Shown here: positions 1 through 6,828 of the stretch, piece by piece
How positions within the stretch are numbered: the first letter of the stretch is position 1
Layout of the letters: each line of letters starts with the position of its first letter
Source: a bacterium
GTDB lineage: Bacteria; Patescibacteriota; Minisyncoccia; UBA6257; 1-14-0-10-44-23
Length of the DNA: 33,120 bases
Reading direction: 5' to 3'
Assembly: GCA_030699515.1 (NCBI GenBank)
Contig: JAUYME010000066.1
Span: 1 to 33,120, forward strand
The notes under the pieces: generated by a model
The model's input: the letters and a program-made list of their open reading frames with translations, nothing else
The model's database searches: none
Told to the model about the DNA's origin: nothing
Program-made: the position numbers and the translations under genes

Positions 1-284
1 GGGTTAGGTACAGGCAGCCGCTGCAGAAGGCGCACCTTCTGCAAGTCAAAGGTCCCACCGCCGCCAAGGCTATGGCGGGCAGGCAAATGTCCCACCGCCG
101 CCAAGGCTATGGCGGGCAGGCAAAGGTCCCACCGCCGCCAAGGCTATGGCGGGCAGGCAAGGGTCAGTGGAAGATTGTGTTTGAAAAACCGCAAGAGTTT
201 ATTGCAAGCGGACAAAGTGCGGTTATTTACGACTTGAAAGGAGAGAGGCTGCTTGGTGGTGGTGTTATTTATAAAGCTCTTTGA
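1..284 (+). CDS. mnmA: tRNA 2-thiouridylase MnmA, C-terminal part (5' end outside window), carrying a 37-codon repeat-derived insert
   Basis: Frame 3 is open from the window edge. VRYRQPLQKA...KIVFEKPQEFIASGQSAVIYDLKGERLLGGGVIY resembles the MnmA C-terminal barrel (RYRQ, GQSAVFY, GGG). Stop TGA at 282-284. Confidence 0.75.
   Translation, partial: VRYRQPLQKAHLLQVKGPTAAKAMAGRQMSHRRQGYGGQAKVPPPPRLWRAGKGQWKIVFEKPQEFIASGQSAVIYDLKGERLLGGGVIYKAL
47..157. repeat. Perfect-phase tandem repeat, 3 x 37 nt (unit caaaggtcccaccgccgccaaggctatggcgggcagg), plus an 8-nt partial 4th copy
   Basis: Copies at 47-83, 84-120 and 121-157 differ at one position. The 111-nt total equals 37 codons and lies inside the mnmA reading frame. 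Visibly GC-rich. Confidence 0.95.
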
Positions 285-332
285 TGGCTGCAAAATTGGA
301 GAAGCCCGCATCTATGGTGGGATGCGGGCCTC

Positions 333-431
333 GCGCTAGGTAGGGTTGGCAGGAATGTCCGGGAGAAAACGGGAAATGTGTGGAATGAGAAGGAAATTTT
401 ACGCTATAGAGCAACTGCCAACCCCGCGCGC
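333..431. other. GC-rich long-range inverted repeat (gggttggcag 343-352 / ctgccaaccc 415-424), preceded by hairpin 304-329
   Basis: Direct complementarity read from the sequence. Lies in the mnmA-comEC spacer, just before a TGcTATAAT promoter (446-454). Confidence 0.4.
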
Positions 432-473
432 AGATAATATACCAATGCTATAATTGTGTCAAGGTTTTTTGTT

Positions 474-1877
474 ATGGCTCTACATAATAAATTTTTCTGG
501 GGGCTTCTTTTCTTTTTGATAGGCGTTCTTTTCTCCAGCTTAATTGTGGATTGGGAAGGCGCCTTATTAATATCTGTCCTTTTTGCTCTACTTTTGGCGC
601 TTTTATTTTTTGTTTTGGGAAAAAGAACTTTTGCGGTATTGGTTTTATTTTCAATACTGGGTTCAAGTTATTTTATTTGGGATGATTTGCGCTACCGCGC
701 AAAAGATAAGTTGAGTGATGAGTTTTCCGGAGAGGCAAAAGTTGTGCATATAAGAGCGCGTGAGAGCTACTTGGAGGCAGACTTTGCTACAGCGCAGGGC
801 AAGATAAGGGCTTATGTAGATAGATCGGAGGGCATTGGCTTTGGCGACACGGTGCTAATTGAGGCAGAGCTTAAAGAGCTTTCAGAAGAGAGCAAAAGAT
901 ATTTTGAAAAGGAAGGCGTGCATGCTCTGGCCTCTTATCCGGAGATTGAGGTTTTAGAAAAGAGGTCTGGGCTAAGAAGAAACTTGTATGCTTTTCGCGA
1001 CAAGGTGGCGAATGTATTTCCAAAATATTTGGATGGAGAAAAAGCTGTGTTTATGACAGGCATTACGTTGGGGCGAAGCACCGGTTTTAGCAACGAGCTT
1101 AATGAGAAACTGAGCGCAACCGGCACTACTCATTTGGTGGCTTTATCGGGTTTTAACGTAATGATTATTGCCAGAGGTATTGCCCTTGTTCTTGGCTTTC
1201 TTTTGCTGTCTAGAAAACTTTCCTTTTTCCTTAGCATTTTAGCGATTTTTCTTTTTGTTGTGATGACTGGCGCAGAGGCTAGCGTTACTCGTGCCGGCAT
1301 TATGGCTGCCTTAATTTTGTGGGCAGACTATAGCGAAGAGATATTTTCTGTGCGTAACCCACTGGTGTTTACTGCCCTAATAATGGTTTTGTTTAACCCA
1401 AAGATTTTGGCTTTTGATTTAGGCTTTCAGCTTTCTTTCTTGGCACTAATTGGCATAGTTTACCTGCGGCCAATTTTGGAGCGCTGGCTAAGGCTTTCCG
1501 GAAGGTCGTTTTTGGCTTGGAAGGAGAATTTAAGTATGACTTTATCTGCACAGCTGATGGTTTTGCCGCTTATTCTTTTTAGCTTTGGCTTTATGCCGGC
1601 ATTTTCAGTTTTAACTAACGTTTTGATCCTAACTTTTATTCCCTTTACTATGCTTTTTGGTCTTTTGATTGTTCTGACTAATTTAATTTCTTCACTGCTT
1701 GCGTCGTTTTTTGCCTTTTTTGCCAATATTTTACTTAGCTACGAGCTGGCAGTGATAGATTTTTTTAGCAATTTTCCTTTTGGAATAAGAATTGAGGCAC
1801 TTTCGCTTTGGATTTTGCTAGCTGTTTATGCTTTCTTTTTCCTATTAATTTATAATAAAACCAATGCACCAGCTTAA
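474..1877 (+). CDS. comEC: ComEC/Rec2 DNA-uptake channel, N-terminal (OB-like plus polytopic membrane) part
   Basis: Multi-TM protein with THLVALSGFNV and AGIMA motifs typical of the ComEC competence domain. ATG 474 was chosen because the extended -10 box at 446-454 precedes it; the ORF track starts at 456. Confidence 0.75.
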   Translation: MALHNKFFWGLLFFLIGVLFSSLIVDWEGALLISVLFALLLALLFFVLGKRTFAVLVLFSILGSSYFIWDDLRYRAKDKLSDEFSGEAKVVHIRARESYLEADFATAQGKIRAYVDRSEGIGFGDTVLIEAELKELSEESKRYFEKEGVHALASYPEIEVLEKRSGLRRNLYAFRDKVANVFPKYLDGEKAVFMTGITLGRSTGFSNELNEKLSATGTTHLVALSGFNVMIIARGIALVLGFLLLSRKLSFFLSILAIFLFVVMTGAEASVTRAGIMAALILWADYSEEIFSVRNPLVFTALIMVLFNPKILAFDLGFQLSFLALIGIVYLRPILERWLRLSGRSFLAWKENLSMTLSAQLMVLPLILFSFGFMPAFSVLTNVLILTFIPFTMLFGLLIVLTNLISSLLASFFAFFANILLSYELAVIDFFSNFPFGIRIEALSLWILLAVYAFFFLLIYNKTNAPA

Positions 1878-2721
1878 GAAGCATAAATTTTTTATCTTAA
1901 TACTTGTGGCGCTTTTTCTTTTGGATGGTTTTCTTTGGATAAAAATTTTCACTGCATCGGATAAATTTGGTTCTGAAATTTATTTCTTTGATGTTGGCCA
2001 GGGGGATAGTGCGCTTGTGCTAACTGAAACGGGGAACAGAGTGTTGATTGATGGCGGGCGTGAGGGCAGCGGAGTTTTAGAAGAGCTAAATAAAGTTTTG
2101 GGAAAAGACAGGTACATTGATTTAGTGGTAATGACTCATGGCGACTTTGATCATTACGGCGGATTTTTAGATATTTTAGACAGTTATGAGGTTGGCGCAT
2201 TTGTTAGTAGCGGGCGTGCAGAGGGGAAGGATTCGTATCACCTAGTGATTGATAAATTGGCCCAAAAAGATGTTAAATATATTAGCTTGGCAGAAGGAGA
2301 TTCAATTTTATTTGGCCGGGAAATATTTTCTATTCTTTCTCCTTCAAGCGCGGAAATTTTAAGCGAAGACTTAAACGACACTTCGCTGGTGATGCTTTTT
2401 GAAAATGATGCTTTCTCCGTGCTTTTTACCGGCGATGCCGGAGCAGCTACAGAGCAAAGACTGGCTCGTGAATATGATTTATCCGCAGATGTTTTAAAAG
2501 TTGGCCATCATGGGTCAAAAACATCAAGCGATCTTGGTTTTTTGCAGGAACTTTTACCTTTGGCCTCGGTAATTTCCGTAGGCGAAAACAGTTATGGCCA
2601 TCCAAATGAAGAGGTGATGGCAAATTTGCTTTCAGTATCGCAAGTTTTTAGAACAGATGAAGAGGGGAGTATAAAAGTTTTCAGCGAAGAAGGTAATTTA
2701 CTTTTTGAAAAATTAGAGTAA
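1864..2721 (+). CDS. ComEC C-terminal metallo-beta-lactamase domain protein (separate ORF)
   Basis: MBL motifs HGDFDHYGG, TGD and VGHHGS. N-terminal TM helix. Overlaps the previous ORF by 14 nt in another frame. Confidence 0.75.
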   Translation: MHQLKKHKFFILILVALFLLDGFLWIKIFTASDKFGSEIYFFDVGQGDSALVLTETGNRVLIDGGREGSGVLEELNKVLGKDRYIDLVVMTHGDFDHYGGFLDILDSYEVGAFVSSGRAEGKDSYHLVIDKLAQKDVKYISLAEGDSILFGREIFSILSPSSAEILSEDLNDTSLVMLFENDAFSVLFTGDAGAATEQRLAREYDLSADVLKVGHHGSKTSSDLGFLQELLPLASVISVGENSYGHPNEEVMANLLSVSQVFRTDEEGSIKVFSEEGNLLFEKLE

Positions 2722-2756
2722 GAGCAGAGACCAGAGGGAATCTTTTAATTGAGCTC

Positions 2757-3725
2757 TTAGATTAGAGCAAAGATCTTGGCAATGAATAGAGCATAAAGGA
2801 GAACGTAGAGAAGTCCTTCCCAGATGTGGATGTGTTTTGAGATTCCAGAGATTACAAAAAGGATTGTAGAGGCGATAAGCATTGGGATGCCCAGGCTAAA
2901 CGTTTGCGTGTCCAGAGTGAGGGTTTTAAAGAGCCCCGGAATACCGACAACAACAAGAATGTTGAAAATATTCGATCCAAAAATATTACCCAGCGCAACT
3001 TCATATTTTTTATTCATGGCCGCTTTAATGGAAACGATAACTTCCGGCAGAGAAGTTCCAAAGGCTACTGCGGCAAGGGCAATGACTCCGGTTGCAATGT
3101 TTAGAATTGCAGAAATTGCGATAACGGCATCAATTAAAAACTTTGCACCGAAAATAAGACTGAGCAAGCCCAGAATGAGAAAAACAATATCTTTGATGGT
3201 TATTTTATTGCTTTTCTTGGGCGCTTCAATGATTGGGGGGATAATGTCGGAGGGCTCAATATTGTCATCGTTATAGTCGGCTTCTTTGATGGTATAGATA
3301 AAGTAAATTAGGTAGGTTGCAAGCAGAATGATTGCTTCTGTCAGGTTTATTGTTTTATCCCAAGCGACGACAAGAAAAATACCGGTTGTAACTGCAAGCA
3401 GGGGAAGGTCCAGGTCAATTAAGTTTTTTGTGACTATAAGGCGCCGGCCGACAATGGCGGCAAGCCCGACGACTAAAAGAATGTTTGCAATATTAGAACC
3501 GATTGCGTTGGCGGCAGGGATGTCGGTAGCTCCTTCAATGACGGCCGCGATGGAAGAAATAAGTTCGGGAAAAGAAGTGCCAAGGCCAACAATAATCACT
3601 CCGACAATGAATGACGATAAGCCCAGTGCAAAACCTATTTTTTCCGCACTATCCAAAAGCCAGTCGGCGCCTTTAATAAGGGCGATGATGGCAACAATAA
3701 AAACTAAAATCCAAATAGTTAGCAT
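2757..3725 (-). CDS. Ca2+/Na+ (CaCA, YrbG-like) antiporter
   Basis: Two internal repeats with GTSFPE / GTSLPE alpha-repeat signatures and about 10 TM helices. TATAAT lies 7 nt upstream of the ATG on the minus strand. Confidence 0.8.
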   Translation of the reverse strand: MLTIWILVFIVAIIALIKGADWLLDSAEKIGFALGLSSFIVGVIIVGLGTSFPELISSIAAVIEGATDIPAANAIGSNIANILLVVGLAAIVGRRLIVTKNLIDLDLPLLAVTTGIFLVVAWDKTINLTEAIILLATYLIYFIYTIKEADYNDDNIEPSDIIPPIIEAPKKSNKITIKDIVFLILGLLSLIFGAKFLIDAVIAISAILNIATGVIALAAVAFGTSLPEVIVSIKAAMNKKYEVALGNIFGSNIFNILVVVGIPGLFKTLTLDTQTFSLGIPMLIASTILFVISGISKHIHIWEGLLYVLLYALFIAKIFALI

Positions 3726-3762
3726 TGTTTAAATTATAAGGCATTAGCGGCATATAGAAAAT

Positions 3763-3803
3763 AAAAAAAACGGGCCGTGGCGACAGTGAAGCCGCCACAG
3801 CCC
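3763..3803 (-). terminator. Intrinsic terminator (13-bp stem plus U8)
   Basis: Minus strand GGGCUGUGGCGGC-UUCAC-UGUCGCCACGGCCC followed by UUUUUUUU. The two wobble pairs would be C-A mismatches on the plus strand. Confidence 0.75.
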
Positions 3804-3995
3804 TGATGAGTGCGCCCGGTTGGGGCGATCGGAGTCCCTACCCTCTTCTATGCTGCCTTCGTTTGGGAGCGGGGCAGTCGTTGTCCCTACTGAAGCTGCC
3901 ACAGAGGGCCATTGCGAATAGAAACCCAATTGCGGCAGTCCCCAGCGAAACCAGAAAGACTGTAAGCACGGGAACTCCAGGGGACCGGGACTTAT
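3763..3995 (-). ncRNA. Unclassified GC-rich structured RNA (independent sRNA or cis-leader), ending in an intrinsic terminator
   Basis: GC-rich block in an AT-rich spacer. 5'/3' end complementarity (GGAGUUCCC/GGGACUCC, CCCGG/CCGGG). Extended -10 (TGGTATAAAT) near 4000. The terminator has G-U wobbles valid only on the minus strand. Confidence 0.5.
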
Positions 3996-4084
3996 TTATA
4001 CCATTGAATGGCAGTTAAGAAAAGCTGGCTTTGGGGAGATATGCTTGCTTTGGATTTTTGGCGTGATATTCTTGTTTTATTGAT

Positions 4085-5485
4085 ATGGAGAGAACTTTAA
4101 TTAAAGAAACGCCGGAAAGGATTGGCGAGAAGGTAGAGCTTTTTGGCTGGGTGGACAGCAGGAGAGATCATGGAAAGCTGATTTTTTTTGATATTCGCGA
4201 CAGAAGTGGAATTGTTCAGGCTGTGGTAACGCCAAAAAGCGCTGCCTACGAAGAGGCAAACAAGCTTCGTGATGAGTGGGTTATTAGAGTTGTGGCAGAA
4301 ATAAAGGCTAGGCCGGAAAAAATGATTAACGAGGGGCTATCCACCGGAACAGTTGAGGCAGCTATTTCCGAGCTTGAAGTTTTGAATGAAAGTGAAACAC
4401 CGCCATTGCCGCTAAAAGGTGATGGAATGGATATTGATGAGGATGTTCGGCTTAAGTATAGATATTTGGATTTGCGTCGAGAAAGACTGCAGAAGAACAT
4501 TAAATTGCGCAGCGAGTTTGTAGATAGGTGCAGGCAATTTCTTTTTGAGCGTGATTTTAGCGAGATAGAAACGCCAATGCTTACTAAGAGCACCGCCGAA
4601 GGCTCTAGAGACTTTGTTGTGCCAAGCAGACTGCACAAAGGAAAGTTCTTTGCACTTCCGCAAAGTCCACAGCAATACAAACAGCTTTTAATGACAGCTG
4701 GCTTTGAAAGATACTTTCAGCTTGCCCGATGTATTCGCGATGAAGACTTAAGGGCGGACAGAGGCTTTGAGCATACTCAAATTGATATGGAAGTGAGCTT
4801 TGTTGATAGGGACGAGTTTATGAAAATGGATGAAGAAATGATTACAACTGTTGTGGAGGCAATGGGCTACAAAATTAAAGAAAAGCCTTTTCCAAGAATT
4901 AGTTATAAAACTGCGATAAATGAGTATGGCGGGGATAAGTTTGATTTGCGAAATGAGGCAGAGAAACAGGACGGGGTGCTGGCATTTGCTTGGGTTACAG
5001 ATTTTCCGTTTTTTGAGAAGGCGGATGATGGCGGCTACACCTTCTCTCACAACCCTTTTTCTGCAGTAATGCCGGAAAGTTTGGATGATTTGCTGAAAGG
5101 GGAGAATGTAGAAAACATTATCAGTTCCCAATACGATCTTGTTTGCAACGGTTTTGAGGTAGGAGGTGGAAGCATCAGGGCGCATAGGGCAGATTGGCTT
5201 GAAGCAGCACTAAAAATTATGGGAATGGATGAAGAAAAAATTCAGAAAGATTACGGCCATATGCTGGAGGCATTTAAATATGGCACTCCACCGCATGGGG
5301 GAATTGCCCATGGAGTTGAAAGAATGATAATGATTTTAAGCGGAGAAGAGTATCTGCGAGAGGTGCAGGCCTTCCCGCAAAGTAGTAGCGGGCGAACTTC
5401 TGTAATGAATGCACCAGAGCCAATTAGCGACGATCAACTGAAGGAGCTAGGGCTAAAGATTGATATAAAAAAAGATAAGGAGTAA
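4085..5485 (+). CDS. aspS: Aspartyl-tRNA synthetase, short form without the bacterial insertion (GAD) domain
   Basis: Class II motifs QSPQQYKQLLM, FERYFQLARCIRDEDLRADR and GGGSIR. 466 aa, against about 590 aa for typical bacterial AspRS. Confidence 0.9.
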   Translation: MERTLIKETPERIGEKVELFGWVDSRRDHGKLIFFDIRDRSGIVQAVVTPKSAAYEEANKLRDEWVIRVVAEIKARPEKMINEGLSTGTVEAAISELEVLNESETPPLPLKGDGMDIDEDVRLKYRYLDLRRERLQKNIKLRSEFVDRCRQFLFERDFSEIETPMLTKSTAEGSRDFVVPSRLHKGKFFALPQSPQQYKQLLMTAGFERYFQLARCIRDEDLRADRGFEHTQIDMEVSFVDRDEFMKMDEEMITTVVEAMGYKIKEKPFPRISYKTAINEYGGDKFDLRNEAEKQDGVLAFAWVTDFPFFEKADDGGYTFSHNPFSAVMPESLDDLLKGENVENIISSQYDLVCNGFEVGGGSIRAHRADWLEAALKIMGMDEEKIQKDYGHMLEAFKYGTPPHGGIAHGVERMIMILSGEEYLREVQAFPQSSSGRTSVMNAPEPISDDQLKELGLKIDIKKDKE

Positions 5486-5510
5486 TATTTATTTCTAAAT
5501 AAACAAAAAT

Positions 5511-5993
5511 ATGTCTAACCACCCAAAAGAAGAGAAAACATTGGTTTTAATCAAGCCCGATGGCATCCAAAGGGCCTTGCTTGGCGAAATTTTGCACCGC
5601 TTTGAGAGAAAGGGCCTAAAAATTATTGGTCTTAAAATGCTTCGTCTTGATGATGTTTTGACTAAGGCGCATTACGGAAAGTACGAAGACAAGCCTTTTT
5701 TTGCCGGACTGAAAGATTTTATGCAATCTAGCCCGATAGTTGCGGTGGTGCTTTGTGGCGTAAATGCAGTGAAGGTTACTAGGCTGATTGTTGGGCAAAC
5801 TAAAAGCTATGAAGCAATACCAGGAACAATAAGGGGGGACTTTGCAATGAGTATGCAAAGCAACCTAGTGCACGCTAGTGATCCAGAAGAAAATCCAGCC
5901 GAAGAAGTTAAAAGATTTTTTGAGGATGACGAACTATTTTCTTATAAGAAAATAAACTTTGATCTTCTTCACGCGCCAGACGAATTGAAATAG
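5511..5993 (+). CDS. ndk: Nucleoside diphosphate kinase
   Basis: LVLIKPDG...RGDF...NLVHASD active-site His context. Confidence 0.9.
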   Translation: MSNHPKEEKTLVLIKPDGIQRALLGEILHRFERKGLKIIGLKMLRLDDVLTKAHYGKYEDKPFFAGLKDFMQSSPIVAVVLCGVNAVKVTRLIVGQTKSYEAIPGTIRGDFAMSMQSNLVHASDPEENPAEEVKRFFEDDELFSYKKINFDLLHAPDELK

Positions 5994-6000
5994 CGCTCGG

Positions 6001-6091
6001 ACTTTGCTTTTAAATAGCAGAATAATTTTCTGGCTGAAAATTTTCTTCACGCTCGGCTCGTCAGCCTGCGCGACGTATTTAAAAGCAAAGT
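6001..6091. repeat. Inverted-repeat hairpin element (16-bp perfect arms actttgcttttaaata / tatttaaaagcaaagt)
   Basis: Arms at 6001-6016 and 6076-6091. Starts 8 nt after the ndk stop. Confidence 0.6.
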
Positions 6092-6224
6092 TCTCGCTTT
6101 TTCTGGCCTGACGCTTGGAAGCAAATTAAAATTTGCTTAATTGAAAAGTTTCATAGCAGAAAAGGAGCTTTGTAGAAACAGGTTTTTATTAATTTGAAAT
6201 AATTTTGGACGTGCATCGTTATAT

Positions 6225-6385
6225 ATAGTGATCCCGCTCTATAAATTTCTACTTAATCATATACATAGGGAGGTCTATATCGGCTCTAGCCTTGGCTAGA
6301 CACCTGCGACCACCCACCTAGTTCATACTAGAACTAAGAGAGCGGGGTTCCCTTTCGGGGGAAAAGCGGCGAGAGCCGCTTTTGA
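6225..6385 (+). other. Structured region with closing stem CCCGCUCU/AGAGCGGG, inner hairpins and a terminal AAAAGCGGC-GAGA-GCCGCUUUU hairpin
   Basis: Complementarities read directly from the sequence. Strand and function unknown. Lies upstream of the first ArsR gene. Confidence 0.3.
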
Positions 6386-6393
6386 ACTTGCCT

Positions 6394-6425
6394 CTTGTCC
6401 ATAACTCTATAGAGTTATGGACAAG
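6394..6425. promoter_or_regulatory. 32-nt perfect palindrome cttgtccataactcta|tagagttatggacaag overlapping the ArsR start codon
   Basis: Perfect dyad. ATG 6417 lies in the right arm. Confidence 0.7.
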
Positions 6426-6749
6426 CCGAGTGTTTTTAGGGTAGACATGACAGAAAGTTCAAGAAAAAATTTTTACAGGTTGGAACGCACTGTTAGGGGC
6501 TTTTCTAATCATAGGCGAATTGAGATTTTGCTGCTGCTTCGAGAGCAGAGGAATATTTCGGTGTCGGATATTGCCAAGGAGTTGAATATTTTGCTCAAGA
6601 CTGCATCAGCTCATGTAAACCGCTTGGCACTGGCTGGTCTGGTTTGGAAGCATTCTGATGGCTCAAGTGTAATTTGTGAGTTAAGCGAACTAGGAGAGAA
6701 GACCGTGGATTTTCTAGAGGATATTGCAGAGAAGTTCAATAAAAAGTAG
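6417..6749 (+). CDS. ArsR/SmtB-family winged-HTH regulator
   Basis: FSNHRRIEILLLL...ISVSDIAKEL...SAHVNRLALAGLV, the typical ArsR HTH. Confidence 0.75.
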   Translation: MDKPSVFRVDMTESSRKNFYRLERTVRGFSNHRRIEILLLLREQRNISVSDIAKELNILLKTASAHVNRLALAGLVWKHSDGSSVICELSELGEKTVDFLEDIAEKFNKK

Positions 6750-6756
6750 CCCTTAT

Positions 6757-6788
6757 CTAGTCCATAACTCTATAGAGTTATGGACTAG
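6757..6788. promoter_or_regulatory. 32-nt perfect palindrome ctagtccataactcta|tagagttatggactag (second copy, with compensatory change)
   Basis: Same dyad as 6394-6425 except tt..aa -> ta..ta at mirrored positions. Lies 8 nt after the ArsR stop. Confidence 0.7.
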
Positions 6789-6828
6789 ATGGCTTTTGTT
6801 TTGAGAGCTTTTGTATTAGATTAGAGCG

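Noticed and set aside
47-165. The 37-nt repeats might be a CRISPR array.
   Set aside because: The copies are directly adjacent with no spacers, there are only three of them, they lie inside the mnmA reading frame, and no cas genes are in the window.
3795-3840. A hammerhead ribozyme suggested by CUGAUGA at 3802-3808 (plus strand).
   Set aside because: A stem II-like hairpin follows, but no GAAA core or stem III/cleavage-site arrangement is present. The terminator wobble pairs indicate that the opposite strand is the transcribed one.
3763-4084. A T-box leader for aspS on the plus strand.
   Set aside because: There is no T-box sequence (..GGUGGUACCGCG..), no specifier-loop architecture and no plus-strand terminator. 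Structural evidence favours the minus strand.
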